From assembly GCA_965603825.1 (NCBI GenBank), contig CBFDEM010000049.1, positions 1-64,000 on the forward strand: a DNA stretch of 64,000 bases, in the 5' to 3' direction. The DNA comes from Blepharisma stoltei ATCC 30299 (lineage: Eukaryota; Protista; Ciliophora). How positions within the stretch are numbered: position 1 is the first letter of the stretch; every line of letters begins with the position of its first letter. The notes under the pieces were generated by a model. It was not told the DNA's origin. It searched no databases and saw only the letters and a program-made list of their open reading frames with translations. The position numbers and the translations under genes were made by a program. This document shows positions 49,841 through 60,286 of the stretch, in pieces.

Positions 49841-51736
49841 TTAGAAACAAAGCCATCTATTCCGCTGGGCCCTTCGAGACCGTCCCCTCCTCTGCTTAGT
49901 CTTTTTTTCTTCAATAATTTCTTCTTTTTGTATTTCTTCAGGTGTATAATTGACTGAGCCTTTATTAAAAACATGCTTGATAAAATCTACCTTCTTCATA
50001 AATGGGCTTCGATTGTCATAAGCTTGGATCCCCATCACATCGTTATAGTCAGAAATCCTTTCTGCTGTATGGAAAAGCAAGCCTTGTGTGTAGTCATTTA
50101 ATTTTAGCCTCATGGCTATGTCGTCTTCAAGGATCCCTCAAATATTATTCAATGCTTTTACAATGGAGCTCTTGCCTGGACGCTTTAGCGACTCGATTTC
50201 TGACAGAATTCGCCTTAGTAAAGCATTGGAAGTCGCAACATATTCATTTACATTGGTAGCTTCAATAGACTTGCTAATGATTTCTAACGCAGTTTCTTTG
50301 ACAGCTTCATGCATATTAATAATCGCTATTAGGTCATTTTCAATATTATCCTGTTTTCTATTATAAAAAAGCAACTTCAGCTCTTTTTCTCTTGATCCTA
50401 TCATTTGTTTGTAAATTATTTCTTTTTTTTGTGACTCTGCCAGGTCAGCCACCATGCTTTTTTTCTCATCTGACAGTTTTTCAAGCAGATCTTGCTTTAT
50501 CGTTAAATCTGAATAAAACGTAGATTTTGTGCTTTCGATGGATTTCACGATCTCATGTAGTGAATCACGTTTATTTTTTATTTCTAGTATTTTCACAGTA
50601 TTTTTGTCCTCTTTGGCTAGCAGCTTGCGGATATCATTTTCTCTGTGCTCAATTTCAGTCCAGTATTCAGCTTCTTTCTGCTCTAGGTCATGCAGACTTG
50701 TTTCGATTTCTTCTATTTCTTTGGTGAGTCTCATGATATCAGTATCTTTATTGTTTAATTCTGTTTCTAACGTGCTCATGTGAGAGAGGTTTTTTCTGAT
50801 CATGGCTTGCATTTCTTGAAGAGCTGTATCAGGGCCTTGGGCGAATTCAGGGTTTTTTTCAGCGTTTTGACTGTAAAGCTCTTCTTCCAAGATTGCTACT
50901 TTTTTAGTCAATAAGTCGACCCTTCGTTTTAAGTCTTCGTTTTCCAGCTTGATTTTTCTGGCTTCTGATTTGCTAACACCTGAACCTCCTGTAATATTGC
51001 TATTCATCGATCCGCCCATATTGCTCCTATAGAAAAAATTGTTGCCTCTGCCTCCTACAACTTCTATTTCTGTTGTCTTATCCCATGGGTGATTTTCTAT
51101 TTCTCTTGGGACTAAAAACCTTACTTGTTTTGCCCCTTTGTCATCTACCATAACTCCAAGCTGAAAGTTCCTGTTATCTCCTCAGGCATAAACGACTCCA
51201 TTTTGGCTGATCCCATATGAGAAATTAGGCCCAGCCGCAATTCTAACGATTTCTGAAATAAATTCTAATTTTGTAGGCAGATTTCGATCATTTGTGTCCC
51301 CAAGCCCAAGCTGCCCAAATTTATTAAACCCTCAGCACCATATAAACTTATCATTATCAAGGGCGAGGACGTGGCTTTCTCCAGCTGCAATAGACACGAT
51401 GAACCGACTTCTGAGATCATAAATTAATTTAGGGATTTTAGAGTCGTCACGTTTTTCTAAGGCTCGGCCGAGAGCATTGGTTGTGTCTCCCCAAGAGAAG
51501 ACTTGACCGGTTGTGCTTAATATAAAAGTGTTGAATTTTGAGCAGCATATTTGTTGGACTCGGCAGTTTTCAGGGATTTGTTCAAAGAAAAGGATTGCTT
51601 TGTTAATTTGTGTCCCGACTGCTGTTTCAGGCTGGCCTGTTATGTAGACTTCACTGGCACTTGAGCAGTCTTTTCTAGATTTTCCACAGACGTCACAGAG
51701 CCCATTTGGTCCAGCAATGTAGTCGTGGGCTTCCAT
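49841..51736 (-). CDS. RCC1-repeat + coiled-coil protein, 631 aa
   Basis: VFSWG, IAAGESHVLAL..C(W)GFNKFGQLGLG, VYA(W)GDN; ORFs 51332, 50138 and 49841 lie in one frame via three TGA codons. Confidence 0.85.
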
Positions 51737-51845
51737 CTTTTAAATAGCTGTGACATTCTTATTATAAGACTTCTGTAGTATAATAACTCATTAAGGCTAA
51801 TAGAAAGTCTATAAGATTTTATTATTCAAAATAATTATTTAAATA

Positions 51846-53126
51846 ATGGAAGATTTCCAAGATATGACGATCCTCCAAATTAGGAAAAGGCTCAATGAGC
51901 TGAATGCTTTCGTCCCCTCCAGCGTCACAAGAAAGCAAGACTTGATCGACAAATTAGTCGAAGCAATCCAAAAGCAGCAACAGCCTGAAAGAAATCCTCC
52001 TAAGAGATCAGTCTCTCCTATCTCTTCATTCCAGAGGCAAAAAACAGAGCCTGCTTTCTCTAGAAACTCCATTCCTCAAGCCCAAGCTGTATCCCCTCCA
52101 AGAAGGGTCGGTGCAATCCCTTACAACCCTAGCTCAATAAAGCTGTCAAATCAGAAAACTGATGTTTTCCGCCAAAGGATGGAGGCTGCTTTTCCTTCAG
52201 AAGAAAAAGAGTCATTAGAAGTCAAAAGCTCAAGCGCAACTTTAATAAAGGAAAGTCTTTCCCAAATCGGGACATTCATAGGGATCCTTTTAGCAATTTT
52301 ATTTGCTGCTTATTTGGTTAAAGTTTATATGGCTAAGCCAATATTTTGTGGGGAAGGGATCTATGAAAATTGCATAAAATGCCCTGAGCATGCTATTTGT
52401 AAAGGAGGCTCAATGAGCTGTGAGCCAGGGTTTGAGAGAGATAGAACTGCATGTGTAGAAGACGAGAAGGTTAAGAAAAAGGCCTATACGAGACTGTGGG
52501 AGCTTGAAAGCTACGTGATAAGTCAAGCGACACATAAATGGCTTGAAACTCGTACAGAATTCATGATTGACTTTGAAGATTACTCCCGCCAATTTTTAGA
52601 AACAGAAGAAGGGCTTATTGTGTCGAGGCTTAAAGAGCTCATCAAAGCCAAAGTTTCACTAAAAATTGACAGCTTAGACGACCCTTTGAAGCTCATAATC
52701 CACGCCAAGAAGCCATTTTTAGGTCTCTACGCCCAGATTATAGAGTTCCTCCAAGACCATAAATACTCTCTCACAATCGGTCTCCTCATTTCCCTCTTCT
52801 TCATCTACAAGTACATCTGTTACCGCCAGCGTAAAGTTCTGCTTCAGCAAGCCAGAAAAATGTACGAAATGATCAGCTCACAAATCAAAGCCAACGTCGA
52901 CGACACCTTGGAGCACGGCGTAATGGAGTCCACCATCAAGTCTGACATCGAAAATCAGCTGGGCAAAAGCCTCACCAGGAAACTATGGCCTATCATTGAA
53001 GAATTGCGAAGAAAGGACAAGAACGTCTGCAAGTTCGAGATGATCGTCTCTGGGAGACCCAGAATTCTCTGGCAGTGGAAAGAAGAGGTGAAGCCTGTGA
53101 TCGGCAACAAAATGAAGTACTTCTAA
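51846..53126 (+). CDS. LEM/HeH-domain inner nuclear membrane protein (MAN1/Src1-like)
   Basis: N-terminal MTILQIRKRL..RKQDLI helix-extension-helix; two TM helices flanking a Cys-rich CPEHAIC..CEPGF lumen; C-terminal WQW. Confidence 0.8.
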   Translation: MEDFQDMTILQIRKRLNELNAFVPSSVTRKQDLIDKLVEAIQKQQQPERNPPKRSVSPISSFQRQKTEPAFSRNSIPQAQAVSPPRRVGAIPYNPSSIKLSNQKTDVFRQRMEAAFPSEEKESLEVKSSSATLIKESLSQIGTFIGILLAILFAAYLVKVYMAKPIFCGEGIYENCIKCPEHAICKGGSMSCEPGFERDRTACVEDEKVKKKAYTRLWELESYVISQATHKWLETRTEFMIDFEDYSRQFLETEEGLIVSRLKELIKAKVSLKIDSLDDPLKLIIHAKKPFLGLYAQIIEFLQDHKYSLTIGLLISLFFIYKYICYRQRKVLLQQARKMYEMISSQIKANVDDTLEHGVMESTIKSDIENQLGKSLTRKLWPIIEELRRKDKNVCKFEMIVSGRPRILWQWKEEVKPVIGNKMKYF

Positions 53127-53156
53127 TCTTTAACAGGTATTATCATAATTAATAAA

Positions 53157-53441
53157 ATGAAAGGAGACCCACGCCGACCCAGCAACGTGATCTATTACAA
53201 GCAGACAATTGACGAGAAGAAAGAGACGCCGCCTGACTATTACCACTTTATCGCAGTGCTCTTCGCTATGTTTGGCTTCATGTTCAAATCCAAATGGGGA
53301 GGGTGGCTCGCCCTGCTGACTTTCTGCTGCGGATTCACCAGTGCGAGGTCACAGACTACAGATTACGGCCAGCTGATCACAACTTTTAGCATGATAATTG
53401 TGAGTTTGGTGACCAACTATATGTGGATTTTCAAGTCATAA
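53157..53441 (+). CDS. PAT complex subunit Asterix (WDR83OS/PAT10)-like
   Basis: DPRRP..Y..PDY..F.M.G...K.KW..W signature; three TM segments; 94 aa. Confidence 0.85.
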   Translation: MKGDPRRPSNVIYYKQTIDEKKETPPDYYHFIAVLFAMFGFMFKSKWGGWLALLTFCCGFTSARSQTTDYGQLITTFSMIIVSLVTNYMWIFKS

Positions 53442-53548
53442 CTAAATTATTCAATAAAACAGTATTCATTTTCAGCTATTTTGCCTTTTGCCATAAATCT
53501 CATATATAAAAATAATAAAATTTACAAGCAAAATAGTATTTTGGTATA

Positions 53549-56440
53549 TTAAACTAAAGGATACTTCGGAAATTTTATAATCCACTTGAAATCCATCGTC
53601 ACTTCTACCCTGCAGTCGCTTCCGTTTGAAATAGACTCTTCTTTTTCAACACACTGGACTTTCCGAGGGTTCATCGCCTCTTCTTCTAGCACATCAATCA
53701 GGTATTCGCACCGTTCTTCAAGTTCGTCAAGACTTTTAGACTGGAATCAGACGTTGAACCGGAACTCAGGAGACTCTTGGATTTTTATCTTTATGTCGTC
53801 CCAGCTCCCATATTCCATTTCTAGCAGACATTTCACTAAAAACAAGTCCTCTTCCTTCGAAAAATTGGTAGGTTCTTGGTCTTCAGGGTAGCTTAAAGTT
53901 AGCCCACCTTCAGACCGGCTTCGTTTTGCCTTTAAAATCACGTCGATTTCGGCAAGTCTTTCTCTGTCCAGTTCTCCTTGGTTGATTCTTTCTACAAATT
54001 CCTCGCCGTTTGGCAGGTTTTTATACTTCCTCCAAAAGTGCTTGGAATATTTGACCACTTCCCTGATGCTTTTTGTGCCGATTTCTTCAGCGATTTTGTC
54101 AAACTCGTCTTTTCCATATATTTCGCAGGCTAAAATGAAATTATTGAAGTCCTTTTTTGTCCAGTTTAAAAATCCGTTTCTAAGCAAAGCTTTTCTTTGA
54201 GCTTTATCTTTATCAGTGAACCTTTCTGGCTTCTCAACTGGTGGGTCTCCTCGTCTTCTTTTGGTTTTTGTATTCAAAAATTCATTCCATTTATCTTCTT
54301 TATTGTCCAAATCGTCTAGTTCTTGCTCGTCAAAAAACTGGTGAGGGTGTCCTCCGTTGACTAGAGCCCTCCAGCCTTTTTTCTTATTTTTCTTATGCTG
54401 GTTGTTAAGATCTTTATTGACCTCATAAAGCTCGTTTTTCTTTCTGTTCCTTCTGCCTAGGCTGATATGGGTTTTTTCTACCTTTTTGTAGTCTTCGCCT
54501 TCAAAATGGTAAAGAGAGGCCCCATCAAAGCTTAAATTATTCAGGTTAAAAGCCTGCTCAATGTTTTTCAGCTCTTCATTGATTTCTTCAGTCTTTTCTT
54601 GGGCGTACTTGAGGATTTTATCAATATCCTGATCAGGAATTGTGTTCCCAGTGCTTTTTAACACCTGCTGGGCGCCGAATTGGACGATGTTTTTCATGTC
54701 TTGGACAGATGGAGCTTTGTTTTGCTGTGTCAGTCCACCTCTTTGTATTACAAGATGATCCATTTTTAGCTTTTTGGCGGCCCGTTCTGCGATTTTTTCT
54801 TCGACAGTGCCTTCAGTGACGAACCTATACACAGTGACGGTTTGGGTTTGGCCAATTCTATGAGCTCGATCCATAGCTTGTAGATCAACCTGAGGGTTTC
54901 AGTCAGAATCATAAATTATCACAGTATTGGCTGCATGCAAATTGATCCCCAGACCTCCAGCCCTTGTAGATAAAATAAAAATTTTAACGTCAGACTCACG
55001 GTTTTGGAATTTTTCTATTTGAAGTTCTCGGTCTATGTATGGGGTATTCCCGTCAATCCTGCAGTACTTGTAGCCTTTATAGCTTAAAAAGTCGTCGAGG
55101 ATGTCTAAAAGCCTGGTCATTTGTGTAAAAATCAAAATTTTGGAGCCTTTTTCGATTAATCGTGGGATCAGTTTGTCGAGAAATTTAAATTTCATGCAAG
55201 CTTCAACCAAGTGAGGTCCGTCTGCATAAGGAGGGCCTGGCTCTATGCCGTCAAACAGATATGGGTGATTGCAGACCTTCCTGAGCTGCATAATGGTGTT
55301 CATATATTGACTCCTTTCGCCAAACCCATTGACGACCTCTATATTTTTGGTCAATAAATTTTTATAAAGCTCCCTCTGGGCATCTGTCATGCCTAAAAAT
55401 ACATAAAGTTCCTTTTTGGGCGGCAGCTTGGTCTCTACCTCTTTTTTAAGCCTTCTCAGCATAAAAGGCCTCAGAATCCTATGGAGCTGCCTTACTAGAA
55501 ACTCTTGATCATCTTGGTTATGAGCGCCGCTCAAGTTAAACCAAGTGTCAAAATCCTGAGAACTTGAAAAAGTAGCTGGCATCAGAAAATTCAGCAGAGA
55601 CCAAAGCTCATGCAAGCTATTCTGCAGCGGTGTCCCTGTTATCAACAGTCTATGTTTAGTCGAAAAAAGCCTTACAATCTGTGATAAAACTGACTTCTCA
55701 TTTTTAATCCTATGAGCTTCATCTATTATCAGATAATTCCACTTCACAGTCTTCAAAGTCGTCTTTTCAGCCATGACTATTTCATAGGTGGTCAATAGGA
55801 CGAAATACGTGTTCGTTCTGGGGACTTTTGCTCTCAACTGTTCTCGCTCCTCTTGGTTCCCATAAAATTCGAAAATTTGTAGAGAAGGAGCCCAGTGCTT
55901 GAATTCTTTGACTCAGTTAGAAAGGGTGCTTTTAGGGACTATGATTATGTTAGGGGAGGTTTCGCCTTGTATATAAATCTGAGCGAGAAGGGAGATTGTT
56001 TGTAAAGTCTTGCCTAAGCCCATTTCGTCAGCGAGGACTCCGTTGATGTTGCAGGCGTGCATTTTAAGCAGCCAGTTGAGGCCTTCTAATTGATAATCAC
56101 GCAGTGTGCCACCTACGATGGTTGCTGGTTGGGATTCAAGCCTGGTAGTATATAGTGAGTTATCAGAACTGATGAGATCTTTTTCATCTTCATTTTCAGG
56201 ACCGTGGTGACGCTTTCCATGCTCCACGTCGCTAGAAGTCCGTTGGTGGAACTGGCTGAGGTTGCGAGTGTAGGTGTCTATTTCGTTCATGAGGTACTGA
56301 AGCTTGGTTTGAGAATCAATAGGAGCCATAATGGGAGGTCCTCCAGCATTTGACTCAGGAATATACTCCGTGTCTTTGTCGCTGTAGTTAAACTCTTCTT
56401 CTTTATAAACTCCACGCATCTCTGTTTCTCGTCCAGCCAT
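53549..56440 (-). CDS. ISWI: ISWI-family SNF2 chromatin-remodelling ATPase, 963 aa
   Basis: LADEMGLGKTLQ, DEAH, TGTPLQN, QLRKVCNHPYLF, YDSD(W)NPQVDLQAMDRAHRIGQ, and a SANT/SLIDE-like C-terminus; three TGA-Trp. Confidence 0.95.
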
Positions 56441-57566
56441 GATTATTAAATCTTAGATTTTTTAGTTAGGCAAAGAAGCTGTAAATTTGTATTTAAATCA
56501 AAAAAGGGGAATTATTTTAAGTAATTTATCATGAGAAATTATATGGCTTATTAAGGACATTAAATTCAGTAGTTATTTGAAAATTAGTTGGTTTTGGGGA
56601 AGGGCAAGAGATCTTTTAATATTATCAACAATTATTTCAATTTTTATTTGAAGTTGGCTATAGAAACTTCTTTATTATGCATTGGGTAAGGAGCTTGTCC
56701 ATATCGTTTTCTTAATGGCTCAATGCTTTGGGAGGATATAATGGCAGTATCAATTTTTAAATCTTAAACCCAAGCTCTTAGAAGCTGCCTCTAGCGAGAC
56801 TTTTTCCTTAGAGTTGGGAGCTTTCTTTCGCTTTTTCTTCATTTTCAAACAAAAATTTATCATTATTTAGAATAACTTATAAATTTAGATTTGTAGCAAA
56901 CATAATGGAGACATTTTCATTCTCAATTTGATAATTCCTTTTTATCTTTGCAACAACAAAAAAATCGATATTTGTCGCTTGTGTAGGACTCAGATTTTTG
57001 CAAACAAAGAAAAGGATAGCTCCTCTCATTATTTAGCAATGCTTGAGCTAAAGCCTTATGAGATTTTACTACAATCTGTAGCATTTATTCTTCTACATAA
57101 ATACTTTATCGTGTCCTTTTTGCCAATAAAGTCAATGGCAATCGAAGAGCATTTTATAGGGCTTATAATGAAATTTTAATTAAATTATTAATTTTAAGTA
57201 CCTTAGACTGCATGAATTAGCAGTCCCGGTTTTTCGCATCTTTTCAAAGATTTCTTCTAATGCCAAAAGGATTAGCTGAAATATATACAGTAAACCTGCG
57301 CAAAAAGACTTAGACCTGAATTAAAAAATATTTGATCTTATTCAAAAGCGCACATAAACAAGCTTAAAGAAAGATACGATTTATTTTCAAGAACCTTTCC
57401 CTCTCACAAATTGCTTATTACATAGGATTTAGTAGCAGCATTTACGCGAGCCAAGCACAACCTAAAATAGTGTCCCAAATCCTGGCTCTATCAAGCAACT
57501 TAATAAAATACTATTTGATATTAAATATTCCATTTGAAATATAAATCTCAAAGGTGAAACTATTAA

Positions 57567-58101
57567 TTATAAATTGCCCTGGCTGCTTCCGCTTTTCATA
57601 TGGCTATGATTTATCCTGCTTAGATTAGATTGATTTATGAAGCTTTGCTTTAGTTGGCTGTCATCGGTCTCATTTCCGGAAAGATCTGAAGGAGAATAGC
57701 TAGTATTTACATAAGCTTTTTCTTTTGTGATCTGAATAAGAAATTACCTCATGCAGCTTTTTCCAATTTTCAATTAGCGACTCGAAAATTGCCTTTTTAG
57801 AGCTTGAATCATCTATATAATAATCGTAATCAAAAGTAGCGCTTTCTTCTCCTCCTTCTTCCTCGCCTTCTCCTTCCTCTTCTTCTTCTTCTTCCTCTTC
57901 TTCTCCTTCCTCTCCTTCTTCGCCTTCTTCGCCTTCTTCTTGACTTCCTTCCTCTTCATCATTCTCCCCATCATTTTCTTCTGAAGTTTCACCCTTTTGT
58001 GTTTCCTCTTTATCTTCAGGGAAATTGGATAGCTCTTTTCTTAGTTTAACATTTTCAGCTTTATCTTTTTCTTCAGTTTTCCTACTCTCAGCACAACCCA
58101 T
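57567..58101 (-). CDS. N-acylated (MGC) Glu/Gly-rich acidic protein with a probable 16-nt intron
   Basis: ORF 57700-58101; splicing 57732-57747 extends it (ITKEKAYVNTSYSPSDLSG..) to TAA 57567. Confidence 0.65.
57732..57747 (-). other. 16-nt intron GTAATTTCTTATTCAG
   Basis: GTA..AG, A six nt from the 3' end, falls at a codon boundary. Confidence 0.7.
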
Positions 58102-58290
58102 TTATTTATATTTTAAATTTTTTTTGCAAAACTTAAATTTGATTAATTTCGCTGTTTTGAATTCTTAAATAACCAATTTCACAAATAATTAAGTTTTTAT
58201 AAATTTTCTATGGCATTCTTTAATATAAAACATAGTCCAATTTCCTCATAATAAATAGTCGTGCTATTATAATATATTTGAAAACTAAAA

Positions 58291-58677
58291 ATGAATTGTT
58301 TTTCGATTTTTGACAAAAGTATTATCCAGCGATGCTTTCCTCGAAAAGACTTAGCTATAACTCCTCTCAATCAAGCAACCCTAACTCTAGAAGAAGAGCA
58401 GTCTCCTCAACCTACAAAATTTGAGCCTATGCCTGAAAGCGTGATTCCTATTCAAATAAGCCAGAAAAGGCAGGAAGACGACTCTTCACTGCTTGACAAC
58501 ATGCTAAAGAATATTGAGCCGAAGTATTCAGCCCCCAAAAAAGTAAATTTTATTGTTTTGACTAAAGATGTTGATAGAAATGGAGAGAGGAGGCCTGAAT
58601 CCAAAAGTAGGTTTGACTTAGAAGAAGATGAATTCAAAGATCTAGGTGATGAGCCTGAAGATTTGAAGCTTGGCTAA
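58291..58677 (+). CDS. Hypothetical protein, 128 aa
   Basis: Uninterrupted ORF, divergent from the gene starting at 58101. Confidence 0.6.
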   Translation: MNCFSIFDKSIIQRCFPRKDLAITPLNQATLTLEEEQSPQPTKFEPMPESVIPIQISQKRQEDDSSLLDNMLKNIEPKYSAPKKVNFIVLTKDVDRNGERRPESKSRFDLEEDEFKDLGDEPEDLKLG

Positions 58678-58978
58678 AATTGCAAGGTGTAATTAAAAAT
58701 GGGGGTAGCCTAGAATTTTATAAGGAATTTTCTTAAAGGAATTTATTAAGCTTAGTTTTCTCAGGTTGAAAGTTTATCATTTCCAGGCTTATTTAGTATT
58801 AATTTTGATATAAATTTTTAATAAACTTTAGAAGTTTATGAGAAATTCATTGTTTTATTTTATTTATCATCCATAAGGGTTTTATAATAGAAAAACCTGC
58901 ATTAAGACTGAAACTTCTAAAACATCTCAAAGTAAAATCAGGAATTTTATATAAAGAAGGCCAATTAATTATGTAAAA

Positions 58979-60211
58979 TTATTCGAGACTCATACTTAAA
59001 GAATCAGGCGGAAGAGTATAATATGAAATTTTACCAGCCACCCAATCATGAAGCACTATCTTGGCCGAAGCATCAAGGTCAGGGATCCCTCCTTTCTTCA
59101 TCTTTCCTCTCGCCCTAGCGATGTGAGCCAGAAACTCAATTCCTTCTTGAAATTGAGGGATTTTATAATAATTCATCAATTGATCTGGAGCCACTTTCTG
59201 CAGAATAGCTTGAACTGGAGTGATAGGATCTTCTACGCTTTCTATATTAATCACATTTCTTAGAACCATTTCTGGGTTTTCTCTCCCATCACTTTTCGCA
59301 AAGACAACTCCAGGACAGTCCAAAATTTTAATTTTGCTTTCAATTTCCACCTCTTGGACTCCTGTTGTAAAACCAGGGGTGCTTGAGACTCCTACCACTT
59401 TGGTTCTTTTTAGACTGTTAATCAAGCTGCTTTTTCCTACATTTGGGTATCCAGCCACTCCAATGGTGACTGCTGTCATAACATTTCCGCTTCTCATATA
59501 GTTTTTAATCAATCCCATCAAAGCTTCAGAGCCCACAGTCTTTTTTGAGTCAAGAATATCATTGGCTAGCTCTGTGTTTACGTTTTTTCTGTGTAAATTT
59601 GACGAACTCAAACCTTTTTGCTGATTTTGTGTATTGCATCTAAAAAGCACAACTGGCAGATATTGGCTTAAATGATTATACCAGCCCAAAGCTACGTCTC
59701 CAGGGACAAGATCGATTTTATTGAGCACTATGATAATTTTCTTGTGCCCGAAAGACAGGACCTTATTCTCAAGCTCTATGCTTCGACAGCCAAGTGGGTC
59801 TCGGGCGTCTAAGACTTCAAGGATAATATCAGAGGATTCAATGACTTGGGTGATGTCTTTGTGGTAGGATTTCATGGAGTGGTCTGTGTAGGTCTTGACC
59901 TCTTCTTCCTCTTCTTTGCTGGTATAAAGCTGGGCTTTTGATTGAGCCTCGATCACTTTGTCAAGTAAGCTTTGGTGTCTTGATGCTTCTTGGCTGCTGG
60001 ATAAAGCCTGGATTTGTCTTTCTCTCTCTTCAGTCGGCTTTTTTCTTTTGAGCTCTTCAAGCAGCTTCTTTTTGAATTCGCCAACTCTTGGGAGATCAGG
60101 GGTTTTTTTAAGCTTGCAGACTGGGATTGCTTTGTATTTGTTGTTTTTCATGGTAGGGTGGGGTTTTTTCTTCTTGTTGTTTTGCTTGTCTATGTGGTAA
60201 TTACCTTTCAT
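58979..60211 (-). CDS. GNL3: Nucleolar circularly permuted GTPase (GNL3/nucleostemin/Nug1-like)
   Basis: Basic N-terminus, EVLDARDPLGCR, NKIDL, GYPNVGKSS, DCPG, KGGIPD..A..VLHDW. Confidence 0.9.
   Translation of the reverse strand: MKGNYHIDKQNNKKKKPHPTMKNNKYKAIPVCKLKKTPDLPRVGEFKKKLLEELKRKKPTEERERQIQALSSSQEASRHQSLLDKVIEAQSKAQLYTSKEEEEEVKTYTDHSMKSYHKDITQVIESSDIILEVLDARDPLGCRSIELENKVLSFGHKKIIIVLNKIDLVPGDVALGWYNHLSQYLPVVLFRCNTQNQQKGLSSSNLHRKNVNTELANDILDSKKTVGSEALMGLIKNYMRSGNVMTAVTIGVAGYPNVGKSSLINSLKRTKVVGVSSTPGFTTGVQEVEIESKIKILDCPGVVFAKSDGRENPEMVLRNVINIESVEDPITPVQAILQKVAPDQLMNYYKIPQFQEGIEFLAHIARARGKMKKGGIPDLDASAKIVLHDWVAGKISYYTLPPDSLSMSLE
60190..60204 (-). other. Probable stop-free 15-nt intron GTAATTACCACATAG
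   Basis: Matches the local intron pattern (GTAA, A at position 10, TAG), 7 nt after the start; the frame is unaffected either way. Confidence 0.65.
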
Positions 60212-60286
60212 TAGCCCTATTTATTTTCTGTGAATTTATATAATCATGTAAAATCAATAGAAATCTTAAATTAACTGTAATTAACC

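Noticed and set aside
4478-56440. TGA-split ORFs as pseudogenes or selenoproteins
   Set aside because: TGA falls at conserved Trp (not Cys) positions and the frames are otherwise intact.
38195-60211. Ran, RCC1-repeat, LEM, ISWI and GNL3 as a functional nuclear gene cluster
   Set aside because: Interspersed with unrelated genes; the RCC1-repeat protein has only about 3 repeats plus a coiled coil and is not evidently RanGEF.
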